DNA of 42,539 nt from a virus (IMGVR_UViG_2897341779_000003); one strand, 5' to 3'; positions 9,653 to 19,894 are shown, counted from the stretch's first letter. Notes: generated by a model from the sequence alone, not told the origin. Program-made: numbers and translations.

Positions 9653-9705
9653 AGGTAATTTAAAAACGGTTCTGTGAAAGTGACACGAACCGATCTCCAT
9701 CGATG

Positions 9706-11643
9706 TTACTCACCGATCTCCTTCACGGTAATACGCACTTTGCCATCTTTTGCATCTTTTAATATTTGCCACAAAGATTGATATTCATTCTGTATGCTGT
9801 TTTTTTGTATTTCAGTAATTATACTAAAATCATTTTTCGTTACTCTACCTAGATAATAGTTTTTCTTAAATAGTTTGTCTTCTCTGCTTTTAGGAGATAG
9901 CTTAATAAGTTCATGAAAGAAATAAAGATTGTGAGTAAGGATTAATACCTTCTTTGTTAATTCATTTTTTATAATGTGGTGATGAATAATTGATGCGATG
10001 TCGTAGACATAGTTTTGCGATAGACTAGATATTGGATCGTCAATAACAATAAAAATATCCCTGCTATCGGTATCATTTTTATCGGTTTTACCTTTACAGC
10101 ACTCTAAAAAATAAAGAAACGTTATTAGTGTTTTTTCACCTTCGCTAAGAGATCTATAAACATTTTGGTTTTTTGTATGCCCTGGTCGAGATATAATGTA
10201 CATATCTTTTCTTTCTGCATGTTTTTCAATACAAAAACCAGAGATCCCTAGATTTTTTAAATGGGTGTTTATTGAGTCTATCGTAGAATCAATGTTAGAT
10301 ATTTTATCTCGCAATGCTTTTATTGTGAGATTATTTTCTTTTCCTTGTTGCTCAATATTATTTAATTCATCATGAACTTTCTTTTTGATATCAAAGAATT
10401 TTTCTTTGTGTTTGGATAAATTCTCTAAATCATCGCTGCAAAAAGCATGGAGAGCCCCCCAAACTTGTTTTCCGATTTTATTCTCATACTCTTTGAGTTT
10501 TTTAACCTTATCATTTATGTCTCTTATTTTCTTGTTAACAGCGCCTATGCTTTCCTGAACATGATTTTCTAGTTCTTTATCAATTTCTAATGTAACGCAT
10601 GTTGATGGATTGTTGATCTTATCAATAATGTTTATTAAATTTTTTTCTGCAATGTTTTGCAATATTTTAATATTGGAAATAATGTTCTCTTTATCTTTCT
10701 CATTGATTAGTGCACATGATGATATATTGTTTTGTATTTCGTTAAAATGATATATGGTATTTTTCTCATAAACTGACTTTATATCTGAGAGCTGTTTTAC
10801 TTTCTTTGAATAACTTTCGTCAAATATTGATTTAAGGGCATTTAAAAATTCGTGACTAATAGTTTTTTCCTGACAAAACGGACATGTAGAACCGTCTAAA
10901 TAATGTTCTTTACCTTTTTTTACCCAGTCAAGATTATGAAGTTTATTAATGGTTTCTGATAAATAGCTATTGCTTGTATCTATTATAGGTGTTGCTAATG
11001 TATTTACATCATCAATTGATGGGGTATATGGATGTAAAGGAGTTATTAATGCGGTTTCATTGTTTCTATTTTCTAATAGTATAGAGTATTCTTTTGCTAT
11101 ATCATTTAAATTAATAAAGGTGATTGGTGAGGATGATTTTATCATCTCAAAAAAAGGTCTTTTATAGCCAACTTTACCTTTCATTAAGGTTTTTAGTACA
11201 GAGTTTCTGATTGGTTCTGTTTTTTTCCAGATCGATTCGATGTATTCATTTTCTTTTTTTTCCATTTCTGCTTCTAATTTCAATAACACTCCTTTTTTTT
11301 GTCTATATTGCTCTGTGAGTTGCTGTTTAATTGCTTCTTTTTCAATTAATTGTTTTTCAATATCTGCATTTTCTTTACTTAATGTAAAAACACCTTTTTG
11401 TTCCTGTGCATTATAGAAGTTATCTTCAATAAATTTAGTGTTGTAAACAAGAGGTTTGTAATTGTCAAGAAGGGTACATTCACACTCGTTATAATCTGTG
11501 TGTGTAGAGTCGTAGAAATAATTTGAAATGGTAGATTTGCCACAACCATTTTGGCCGTATAGTATGTTTACTCTTTTTTCAAGATTCAGTATTGTGAAGG
11601 CGTCTTTCTTATAACTGGTAACATTTTTTAATCTAAGTTCCAT
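9706..11643 (-). pseudogene. 5' portion (about 639 native codons) of a Rad50/ABC-type ATPase with CxxC hook, RloC/PrrC-like candidate defence gene, truncated by the IS
   Basis: Walker A GQNGCGKST, coiled-coil-like stretches, CPFCQ, ABC-signature-like LSEGEK, Walker B IFIVIDDP, H-loop LILTHN; the last 6 codons and the stop derive from the IS end; about 30% GC. Confidence 0.6.
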
Positions 11644-11958
11644 TTTTATGCCTCATACGATAAAGCTTTTATTGTATGTAAAAAAGCAGCTTAATATAGC
11701 CACTTAGTGGTAAAGATCTACCTTAAGACTTTGATATGTTCAAGAGGCATATAACGTAAGTGTTCGTTGAGCCAAATGTGTTTACGCTATGACGAGTTGG
11801 TCGTTTTTTGACAATCCTGTAGGAGCTATAGATAGGCGTATATTAAGTGCGTGTTTTTGCATGTGTCAGATACTATTCTTTTTGTCAGTTTCGGTCAGTG
11901 CTGATGTGATTTCAGTTTCATCATGCAACTGCATTAAAACCGCCCCATGAAGCGGGCG

Positions 11959-11977
11959 GGCGAGGCGGGGAAAGCAC
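11959..11977. other. cos site (19-nt P2-type cohesive end sequence)
   Basis: GGCGAGGCGGGGAAAGCAC, located between the accessory slot and Q as in P2. Confidence 0.7.
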
Positions 11978-12119
11978 TGCGCGCTGGCGGTGGTGCTGAT
12001 TTTATTTTTTCAGCGTCTCAGCGCGTCGTGACGGCGCTTAGTCTGCCCGTTGAGGCGCTGGTGTGTCTGCGGGGTGTTTTGTGCGGTGGTGAGCGTGTGA
12101 GGGCGTGATGACGGGGTGT

Positions 12120-12141
12120 AAAAAAGCCGCCCGCAGGCGGC
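12120..12141 (-). terminator. rho-independent terminator downstream of Q (minus strand)
   Basis: GC-rich hairpin GCCGCC-CGCA-GGCGGC followed on the minus strand by a U-run; 5 bp after the Q stop. Confidence 0.6.
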
Positions 12142-12146
12142 GATGT

Positions 12147-13181
12147 TCAGCCGTTGTCAGTGTCCAGTGAGTAGTTTTTAAAGCGGATGACCTCCTGACC
12201 GAGCCAGCCGTTTATTTCCCGAATCCTGTCCTGTAGCGGGATAAGTTCATTGCGGACAAAGACCTTTGCCACTTTCTCAATATCACCCAGAGACCCGACG
12301 TTTTCCGGCTTGCCGCCCATCAACTGAAAGGGGATGCGGTGCGCATCCAGCAGGTCAACGGCGCTGGCTTTTTTGATATTAAAAAAATCGTCCTTCGTCG
12401 CCACTTCACTGAGCGGGATAATTTTAATGCCGTCGGCTTTCCCCTGTGGGGCATAGAGAAACAGGTTTTTAAAGTTATTGCGGCCTTTCGACTTCACCAT
12501 GTTTTCGCGAAGCATTTCGATATCGTTGCGGTCCTGCACGGCATCGGTGACGTACATGATGTATCCGGCATGCGCGCCGTTTTCGTAATACTTGCGGCGG
12601 AACAGCGTGGCCGACTCATTCAGCCAGGCAGAGTTAAGGGCGCTGAGATATTCCGGCAGGCCGTACAGCTCCTGATTAATATCCGGCTCCAGCAGGTGAA
12701 ACACGGAACCGGGCGCGAAAGGTGTCGGCTCGTTGAAGGACGGCACCCACCAGTAAACATCCTCCTCCACGCCACGGCGGGTATATTTTGCCGGTGAGGT
12801 TTCCAGTCTGATGATCTTACCGGTGGTGCTGTAACGCTTTTCCAGAAACGCATTACCGAACACCAGAAAATCCAGCACAAAGCGGCTGAAATCCTGTTGC
12901 GAAAGCCACGGATGCGGGATAAATGTCGAGGCCAGAATATTGCGTTTAACGTAAATCGGTGAGCTGTGATGCACGGCAGCACGCAGGCTTTTCGCCAGAC
13001 CGGTAAAGCTGACCGGCGGCTCATACCATCTGCCGTTACTGATGCACTCGACGTAATCCAGAATGTCACGGCGGTCGAGTACCGGCACCGGCTCACCAAA
13101 GGTGAATGCCTCCATTTTCGGGGCGCTGGCGGTCATTTTTTTTGCCGCAGGTTGCGGTGTTTTCCCTTTTTTCTTGCTCAT
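12147..13181 (-). CDS. Q: portal protein (344 aa)
   Basis: 344 aa as in P2 gpQ; first gene after cos, co-oriented with P; ATGA overlap with the P stop. Confidence 0.9.
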   Translation of the reverse strand: MSKKKGKTPQPAAKKMTASAPKMEAFTFGEPVPVLDRRDILDYVECISNGRWYEPPVSFTGLAKSLRAAVHHSSPIYVKRNILASTFIPHPWLSQQDFSRFVLDFLVFGNAFLEKRYSTTGKIIRLETSPAKYTRRGVEEDVYWWVPSFNEPTPFAPGSVFHLLEPDINQELYGLPEYLSALNSAWLNESATLFRRKYYENGAHAGYIMYVTDAVQDRNDIEMLRENMVKSKGRNNFKNLFLYAPQGKADGIKIIPLSEVATKDDFFNIKKASAVDLLDAHRIPFQLMGGKPENVGSLGDIEKVAKVFVRNELIPLQDRIREINGWLGQEVIRFKNYSLDTDNG

Positions 13182-14953
13182 CAGTAAAACTCCAGAATGG
13201 TGGATGTCAGCGGGGGGCTGATACCGGCGGTGAGTGGCTCATTTAACAGGGCGTGCATGGTCGCCCAGGCGAGGTCGGCATGGCTGGCTTCCTCGCTGCG
13301 GCTGGCCTCATAAGTGGCGCTGCGTCCGCTGCTGGTCATGGTCTTGCGGATAGCCATAAACGAGCTGGTGATGTCGGTGGCGCTGACGTCATATTCCAGA
13401 CAGCCACGGCGGATGACGTCTTTTGCCTTGAGCACCATTGCGGTTTTCATTTCCGGCGTGTAGCGGATATCGCGCGCGGCGGGATAGAACGAGCGCACGA
13501 GCTGGAACACGCCGACACCGAGGCCGGTGGCATCAATACCGATGTATTCGACGTTGTATTTTTCGGTGAGTTTGCGGATGGATTCCGCCTGAGTGGCAAA
13601 GTCCATGCCTTTCCACTGGTGACGCTCAAGTATTCTGAATTTGCCACCGGCCACCACCGGCGGTGCCAGTACCACGCATCCGGCGCTGTCGCCACGGTGT
13701 GACGGGTCGTAACCAATCCAGACCGGGCGGGAGCCGAACGGATTGGCGGCAAACGGCGCATAGTCTTCCCATTCTTCCAGCGTGTCGACCATGCAGCGTT
13801 GCAGCTCCTCGAACGGGAACACCGACGCCTTGTCGTCAACAAATTCACACATGAACAGGTTTTTAAAATCGTCGGCGCTGTTTTCGCGTTTGAGCTGTTC
13901 AATGTCGAACAGCGTGCAGCCACCTTTCAGGGCGTCCTCAATGGTGACAATCTGCCGCCACTGGCCGTCCGCACAGAGAAGCCCACCGGCAAGGGCGTTA
14001 TGACTGACGTCGATTTCCACGCGTTCGGCGGCGCTGGCGCGTCCCCGGTTGAACAGTTCACCTGACCAGAACGGGTAGGCGTCGTGCGCCAGCGTGGACG
14101 GGGTGGAGAAATAGGTCGAGCGCAGGTGACTCTGTGAGGCCATACCTGATGCCACCTTACGCAGTACCTGAAAATTCGGGATCCAGAAAATCTCGTCGAC
14201 GTACAGGTCGCCGTTATGGCTCTGTGCGGTGTTGGAGTTGGTGCCGAGAAAAATCAGTTTTGCGCCGTTATTGCCCAGGACAATCGGGTCACCGGTCAGG
14301 TCAACGTCAACCAGCCGGGCAAAGGCGATGATGTATTCGCGGAACACATACGCCTGCGTTTTACTGGCCGACAGAAAAATCTGGTTATGGCCGGTTTTCA
14401 GGGCGCGCAGCAGCGCCTCGCGGGAAAAATAAAACGTCGCGCCAATCTGGCGGGATTTCAGGATATCGCGGATGCGGTGCTCAAGCCCGGCGCGATACCA
14501 GTGCAACTGATAGTCGAAAGACTGCTCAAAGAAAATCTGCTCCAGCTTTTCGATGGCCTCGTCACTGAAAAAATTTTTTTTCGGTTTGCGCCGCCCGCCT
14601 TTGTTGCGGTTAGCGACGTTCGGATTAAGGTCTGCCTCGTTGCCGGTCTGGCTGTAACGATTTACCCGTGCCAGTCGTTCAATCTGGCGTCCCAGCAGGT
14701 CAATTTCCTTGAAGTCACCGCCGGTTTTCTGCGGTTTGATGATGAGCTGGGTCAGCCGCGCTTCCAGGCTCATTTCGACACGGCTGATGGGGGCAACGTT
14801 GTCCCAGCCGTCGCGCTGTTTCCAGCTCTGCACTGTCGGGCGTTTCATCTGCAACATGGCGGCAATCTGCGGCACGGAAAATCCCTGCCAGTACAGCAGC
14901 GCCGCCTGACGACGCGGGTCGTGTAAAAGAGTGGTGTCTGTGGTGATGGTCAT
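13181..14953 (-). CDS. P: terminase large subunit (ATPase/nuclease), 590 aa
   Basis: Size and position as in P2 gpP; ATG at 14953 with RBS GGCGAGG (the ORF-track start at 14983 is TTG). Confidence 0.9.
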   Translation of the reverse strand: MTITTDTTLLHDPRRQAALLYWQGFSVPQIAAMLQMKRPTVQSWKQRDGWDNVAPISRVEMSLEARLTQLIIKPQKTGGDFKEIDLLGRQIERLARVNRYSQTGNEADLNPNVANRNKGGRRKPKKNFFSDEAIEKLEQIFFEQSFDYQLHWYRAGLEHRIRDILKSRQIGATFYFSREALLRALKTGHNQIFLSASKTQAYVFREYIIAFARLVDVDLTGDPIVLGNNGAKLIFLGTNSNTAQSHNGDLYVDEIFWIPNFQVLRKVASGMASQSHLRSTYFSTPSTLAHDAYPFWSGELFNRGRASAAERVEIDVSHNALAGGLLCADGQWRQIVTIEDALKGGCTLFDIEQLKRENSADDFKNLFMCEFVDDKASVFPFEELQRCMVDTLEEWEDYAPFAANPFGSRPVWIGYDPSHRGDSAGCVVLAPPVVAGGKFRILERHQWKGMDFATQAESIRKLTEKYNVEYIGIDATGLGVGVFQLVRSFYPAARDIRYTPEMKTAMVLKAKDVIRRGCLEYDVSATDITSSFMAIRKTMTSSGRSATYEASRSEEASHADLAWATMHALLNEPLTAGISPPLTSTILEFY

Positions 14954-15126
14954 GAATACCTCGCCGTGATGAATACACGGCAAGGCTACTGAGTCGCGCC
15001 CTGCGATTCGCTAAGGTGCTGTTGTGTCAGTGATAAGCCATCCGGGACTGATGGCGGAGGATGCGCATCGTCGGGAAACTGATGCCGACATGTGACTCCT
15101 CTAATCACTATTCAGGACTCCTGACA

Positions 15127-15981
15127 ATGGCAAAAAAAGTCTCAAAATTCTTTCGTATCGGCGTTGAGGGTGACACCTGTGACGGGCGTGTCATCAGTGC
15201 GCAGGATATTCAGGAAATGGCTGAAACCTTTGACCCGCGTGTCTACGGTTGCCGCATTAACCTGGAACATCTGCGCGGCATCCTGCCTGACGGTATTTTT
15301 AAACGTTATGGCGATGTGGCCGAACTTAAGGCCGAAAAGATTGACGATGATTCGGCGCTGAAAGGCAAATGGGCGCTGTTTGCGAAAATCACCCCGACCG
15401 ATGACCTTATCGCGATGAACAAGGCCGCGCAGAAGGTCTACACCTCAATGGAAATTCAGCCGAACTTTGCCAACACCGGCAAATGTTATCTGGTGGGTCT
15501 GGCCGTCACCGATGACCCGGCAAGCCTCGGCACGGAATACCTGGAATTCTGCCGCACGGCAAAACACAACCCCCTGAACCGCTTCAAATTAAGCCCTGAA
15601 AACCTGATTTCAGTGGCAACGCCTGTTGAGCTGGAATTTGAAGACCTGCCTGAAACAGTGTTCACCGTCCTGACCGAAAAGGTGAAGTCCATTTTTGGCC
15701 GCAAACAGGCCAGCGATGATGCCCGTCTGAATGACGTGCATGAAGCGGTGACCGCTGTTGCTGAACATGTGCAGGAAAAACTGAGCGCCACTGAGCAGCG
15801 CCTCGCTGAGATGGAAACCGCCTTTTCCGCACTTAAGCAGGAGGTGACTGACAGGGCGGATGAAACCAGCCAGGCATTCACCCGCCTGAAAAACAGTCTC
15901 GACCACACCGAAAGTCTGACCCAGCAGCGCCGCAGCAAGGCCACCGGTGGTGGCGGTGACGCCCTGATGACGAACTGCTGA
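15127..15981 (+). CDS. O: capsid scaffolding protein (284 aa)
   Basis: 284 aa from the internal ATG, matching P2 gpO; divergent from P, followed by the capsid gene. Confidence 0.85.
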   Translation: MAKKVSKFFRIGVEGDTCDGRVISAQDIQEMAETFDPRVYGCRINLEHLRGILPDGIFKRYGDVAELKAEKIDDDSALKGKWALFAKITPTDDLIAMNKAAQKVYTSMEIQPNFANTGKCYLVGLAVTDDPASLGTEYLEFCRTAKHNPLNRFKLSPENLISVATPVELEFEDLPETVFTVLTEKVKSIFGRKQASDDARLNDVHEAVTAVAEHVQEKLSATEQRLAEMETAFSALKQEVTDRADETSQAFTRLKNSLDHTESLTQQRRSKATGGGGDALMTNC

Positions 15982-16039
15982 CCGGCGTCAGTCAGTCCGG
16001 GAAAACCTTCACGATTAACCCTTAATTTCAGGAAAAACT

Positions 16040-17113
16040 ATGCGCCAGGAAACCCGCTTTAAATTTAATGCCTACCTGTCCCGTGTTGCCGAGCTGAACG
16101 GCATCGACGCCGGTGATGTGTCGAAAAAATTCACCGTTGAACCGTCGGTCACCCAGACCCTGATGAACACCATGCAGGAGTCCTCTGACTTTCTGACCCG
16201 CATCAACATTGTGCCGGTCAGCGAAATGAAAGGGGAAAAAATTGGTATCGGTGTCACCGGCTCCATCGCCAGCACCACCGACACCGCCGGTGGCACCGAG
16301 CGTCAGCCGAAGGACTTCTCGAAGCTGGCGTCTAACAAGTACGAATGCGACCAGATTAACTTCGATTTTTATATCCGCTACAAAACGCTGGACCTGTGGG
16401 CGCGTTATCAGGATTTCCAGCTCCGTATCCGTAACGCCATTATCAAACGCCAGTCCCTTGATTTCATCATGGCCGGTTTTAACGGCGTGAAGCGTGCAGA
16501 AACCTCTGACCGCAACAGTAATCCGATGTTGCAGGATGTGGCGGTCGGCTGGCTGCAGAAATACCGCAATGAAGCCCCGGCGCGTGTGATGAGCAAGGTC
16601 ACTGACGAGGAAGGTCACACGACCTCTGAGGTCATCCGCGTGGGTAAGGGCGGTGATTATGCCAGCCTTGATGCACTGGTGATGGATGCGACCAACAACC
16701 TGATTGAACCGTGGTATCAGGAAGACCCTGACCTTGTGGTGATTGTGGGGCGTCAGCTACTGGCGGACAAGTATTTCCCCATCGTTAACAAGGAGCAGGA
16801 CAACAGCGAAATGCTGGCCGCTGACGTCATCATCAGCCAGAAACGCATCGGTAACCTGCCGGCGGTACGCGTCCCGTACTTCCCGGCGGATGCGATGCTC
16901 ATCACGAAGCTGGAAAACCTGTCCATCTACTACATGGATGACAGCCATCGCCGCGTGATTGTGGAAAACCCGAAACTCGACCGCGTGGAGAACTACGAGT
17001 CAATGAACATTGATTACGTGGTGGAAGACTACGCCGCCGGTTGTCTGGTGGAAAAAATTAAGGTCGGTGATTTCTCCACACCGGCTAAGGCGACCGCAGA
17101 GCCGGGAGCGTAA
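16040..17113 (+). CDS. N: major capsid protein (357 aa)
   Basis: 357 aa as in P2 gpN; position between O and M. Confidence 0.9.
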   Translation: MRQETRFKFNAYLSRVAELNGIDAGDVSKKFTVEPSVTQTLMNTMQESSDFLTRINIVPVSEMKGEKIGIGVTGSIASTTDTAGGTERQPKDFSKLASNKYECDQINFDFYIRYKTLDLWARYQDFQLRIRNAIIKRQSLDFIMAGFNGVKRAETSDRNSNPMLQDVAVGWLQKYRNEAPARVMSKVTDEEGHTTSEVIRVGKGGDYASLDALVMDATNNLIEPWYQEDPDLVVIVGRQLLADKYFPIVNKEQDNSEMLAADVIISQKRIGNLPAVRVPYFPADAMLITKLENLSIYYMDDSHRRVIVENPKLDRVENYESMNIDYVVEDYAAGCLVEKIKVGDFSTPAKATAEPGA

Positions 17114-17116
17114 CCG

Positions 17117-17860
17117 ATGACGAGTCCCGCACAGCGCCACATGATGCGGGTCTCGGCAGCGATGACCGCGCAGCGGGAAGCCGCCCCGCTGCGACATGCA
17201 ACTGTCTATGAGCAGATGCTGGTCAAGCTGGCCGCAGACCAGCGCACACTGAAAGCGATTTATTCAAAAGAGCTGAAGGCCGCGAAAAAGCGCGAACTGC
17301 TGCCGTTCTGGTTGCCGTGGGTGAACGGCGTGCTGGAGCAGGGCAAAGGCGCACAGGATGACATTCTGATGACGGTCATGCTGTGGCGTCTGGATACCGG
17401 CGATATTGCCGGTGCGCTGGAGATTGCCCGTTATGCCCTGAAATACGGTCTGACCATGCCGGGTAAACACCGCCGCACCCCGCCGTATATGTTCACCGAG
17501 GAGGTCGCGCTCGCGGCCATGCGCGCCCACGCGGCCGGTGAGTCTGTGGATACCCGCCTGCTGACGGAGACCCTTGAACTGACTGCCGCTGCTGACATGC
17601 CTGATGAAGTGCGCGCAAAGCTGCACAAAATCACCGGTCTGTTTCTGCGTGACGGTGGTGATGCCGCCGGTGCGCTGGCTCACCTGCAACGTGCGACACA
17701 GCTCGACTGTCAGGCAGGCGTCAAAAAAGAGATTGAGCGACTGGAGCGGGAGCTGAAACCTAAGCCGGAGCCGCAACCCAAAGCGGCCACCCGTGCCACG
17801 CGTAAGACCCGGAGCGTGACACCGGCAAAACGTGGACGCCCGAAAAAGAAAGCCAGTTAA
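17117..17860 (+). CDS. M: terminase small subunit (247 aa)
   Basis: 247 aa as in P2 gpM; basic Lys/Arg-rich C-terminus. Confidence 0.85.
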   Translation: MTSPAQRHMMRVSAAMTAQREAAPLRHATVYEQMLVKLAADQRTLKAIYSKELKAAKKRELLPFWLPWVNGVLEQGKGAQDDILMTVMLWRLDTGDIAGALEIARYALKYGLTMPGKHRRTPPYMFTEEVALAAMRAHAAGESVDTRLLTETLELTAAADMPDEVRAKLHKITGLFLRDGGDAAGALAHLQRATQLDCQAGVKKEIERLERELKPKPEPQPKAATRATRKTRSVTPAKRGRPKKKAS

Positions 17861-17959
17861 CAACCGAATGCGCCCCGCGCCAGGGCGGCACGCCGGTCAG
17901 TGAGGGTGAATCACCTGACACTGCACCGGCGTCCACCGCCCGACTTTTCAGAGGTAGTC

Positions 17960-18469
17960 ATGATGACGCTGATTATTCCGCGAAAGGAGGCTCCCGTGTC
18001 CGGTGAGGGTACGGTGGTCATCCCGCAACCGGCAGGCGACGAGCCGGTGATTAAAAACACGTTCTTTTTTCCCGATATCGACCCGAAGCGCGTCCGGGAA
18101 CGTATGCGCCTTGAGCAGACCGTCGCCCCCGCCCGTCTGCGTGAGGCCATCAAGTCAGGCATGGCGGAAACAAATGCGGAGCTGTACGAGTACCGCGAAC
18201 AGAAAATTGCCGCCGGTTTTACGCGTCTGGCGGACGTTCCGGCGGACGATATCGACGGTGAAAGTATCAAAGTTTTTTACTACGAGCGCGCCGTGTGTGC
18301 GATGGCGACCGCGTCGCTTTATGAGCGTTACCGCGGCGTGGATGCCAGTGCGAAAGGAGACAAGAAGGCCGACAGCATTGACAGCACCATTGATGAGCTG
18401 TGGCGGGATATGCGCTGGGCAGTGGCGCGCATCCAGGACAAGCCGCGCTGCATCGTGAGTCAAATCTGA
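17960..18469 (+). CDS. L: head completion protein (169 aa)
   Basis: 169 aa from ATG 17960 with RBS GAGG; size as in P2 gpL. Confidence 0.85.
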   Translation: MMTLIIPRKEAPVSGEGTVVIPQPAGDEPVIKNTFFFPDIDPKRVRERMRLEQTVAPARLREAIKSGMAETNAELYEYREQKIAAGFTRLADVPADDIDGESIKVFYYERAVCAMATASLYERYRGVDASAKGDKKADSIDSTIDELWRDMRWAVARIQDKPRCIVSQI

Positions 18470-18672
18470 TGAAGACCTTTGCGCTACAGGGCGACACGCT
18501 CGACGCCATTTGTGTCCGGTATTACGGGCGCACTGAGGGCGTGGTTGAGACCGTGCTCGCCGCAAATCCGGGACTGGCTGAACTGGGTGCGGTGCTGCCA
18601 CATGGCTCCGCCGTCGAACTGCCCGACGTTCAGACCGCGCCCGTGGCTGAAACTGTCAATCTGTGGGAGTAA
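18469..18672 (+). CDS. X: tail protein X (67 aa)
   Basis: 67 aa from ATG 18469 (ATGA overlap with the L stop); size as in P2 gpX. Confidence 0.8.
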   Translation: MKTFALQGDTLDAICVRYYGRTEGVVETVLAANPGLAELGAVLPHGSAVELPDVQTAPVAETVNLWE

Positions 18673-18675
18673 CGC

Positions 18676-18957
18676 ATGACAGCAGAAGAAAAAAGCGTCC
18701 TGTCGCTTTTCATGATTGGGGTGCTGATTGTTGTCGGCAAGGTGCTTGCCGGTGGTGAACCCATCACCCCGCGTCTGTTTATCGGGCGCATGTTGCTCGG
18801 TGGTTTTGTCTCGATGGTTGCCGGTGTTGTTCTGGTGCAGTTTCCTGACCTGTCACTGCCTGCGGTGTGCGGCATCGGCTCCATGCTGGGTATCGCCGGT
18901 TATCAGGTGATTGAGATTGCCATTCAGCGCCGCTTTAAGGGCAGGGGGAAACCGTAA
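18676..18957 (+). CDS. Y: holin (93 aa)
   Basis: 93 aa with hydrophobic transmembrane segments and a charged C-terminus; precedes the endolysin. Confidence 0.85.
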   Translation: MTAEEKSVLSLFMIGVLIVVGKVLAGGEPITPRLFIGRMLLGGFVSMVAGVVLVQFPDLSLPAVCGIGSMLGIAGYQVIEIAIQRRFKGRGKP

Positions 18958-19454
18958 TGCCGGTAATTAACACGCATCAGAATATCGCCGCCTTTCTCGA
19001 CATGCTGGCAGTGTCCGAAGGGACGGCGAACCATCCGCTGACGAAAAACCGGGGCTATGACGTGATAGTCACCGGACTGGACGGAAAGCCGGAAATTTTC
19101 ACCGACTACAGTGACCACCCGTTCGCGCATGGCCGACCGGCGAAGGTGTTTAACCGTCGCGGTGAAAAATCCACGGCCTCCGGTCGCTATCAGCAGCTTT
19201 ACCTGTTCTGGCCGCATTACCGCAAACAGCTTGCCCTGCCGGATTTCAGTCCGTTGTCACAGGACAGACTTGCCATTCAGTTGATCCGCGAACGCGGTGC
19301 ACTGGATGACGTCCGGGCGGGACGTATTGAGCGCGCCATTTCACGCTGTCGCAATATCTGGGCGTCCCTGCCGGGTGCCGGTTACGGTCAGCGTGAGCAT
19401 TCACTGGAAAAACTGGTCACCGTCTGGCGTACCGCTGGCGGCGTACCGGCTTAA
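18957..19454 (+). CDS. K: endolysin (165 aa)
   Basis: 165 aa at the P2 gpK position. Confidence 0.85.
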   Translation: MPVINTHQNIAAFLDMLAVSEGTANHPLTKNRGYDVIVTGLDGKPEIFTDYSDHPFAHGRPAKVFNRRGEKSTASGRYQQLYLFWPHYRKQLALPDFSPLSQDRLAIQLIRERGALDDVRAGRIERAISRCRNIWASLPGAGYGQREHSLEKLVTVWRTAGGVPA

Positions 19455-19468
19455 ACGGAGTAAACACC

Positions 19469-19894
19469 ATGAAGAAATTATCCCTTTCACTGATGCTGAA
19501 CGTGTCGCTGGCGCTGATGCTGGCACTGTCCCTGATTTACCCGCAGAGCGTGGCCGTCAGTTTTGTCGCCACCTGGGCGATTCTGGCGACGGTTATCTGT
19601 GTGGTTGCCGGTGGTGTCGGCGTGTATGCCACGGAGTATGTGCTGGAACGCTACGGGCGGGAGCTGCCGCCGGAATCGCTGGCCGTGAAGATTGTCACGT
19701 CGCTGTTTTTGCAGCCGGTGCCGTGGCGCAGACGGGCGGCGGCTCTGGTGGTGATGGTGGCGACGTTTATCTCGCTGGTCGCTGCCGGGTGGATTTTTAC
19801 CGCGCTGATTTATCTTGTGGCGTCGCTGTTTTTCCGGCTGATACGTAAAGCCTGTCGTCAGCGTCTTGAGGGGCGGGAACTATGTCAAAGCTGA
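19469..19894 (+). CDS. lysA: lysis accessory membrane protein LysA (141 aa)
   Basis: 141 aa with multiple hydrophobic helices; position after K. Confidence 0.8.
   Translation: MKKLSLSLMLNVSLALMLALSLIYPQSVAVSFVATWAILATVICVVAGGVGVYATEYVLERYGRELPPESLAVKIVTSLFLQPVPWRRRAAALVVMVATFISLVAAGWIFTALIYLVASLFFRLIRKACRQRLEGRELCQS

Larger units (their letters stand above)
7169..9721 (+). mobile_element. IS21-family insertion sequence (istA-istB), about 2.55 kb; ends uncertain by a few bp
   Basis: istA+istB gene pair; imperfect terminal inverted repeats containing GGAGATC and repeated GATCTCCATCGATGTTA-type internal sites at both ends; candidate 4-bp target duplication TTCA (7165-7168 and 9722-9725). Confidence 0.8.

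Noticed and set aside
12339-17863. Many antisense or overlapping ORFs of 60-260 aa inside Q, P, N and M, and similarly inside T, D and H
   Set aside because: They lie antisense to or out of frame with well-supported structural genes in GC-rich DNA where long spurious ORFs are expected, and none has an RBS or independent support.
4283-18469. Longer upstream starts given in the ORF track for A (4283), P (14983), O (15061), L (17900) and X (18400), and likewise Ogr (36087)
   Set aside because: The upstream starts are TTG or lack an RBS; internal ATG codons with good RBS give lengths that match P2 proteins (A about 763, P 590, O 284, L 169, X 67, Ogr 72 aa).
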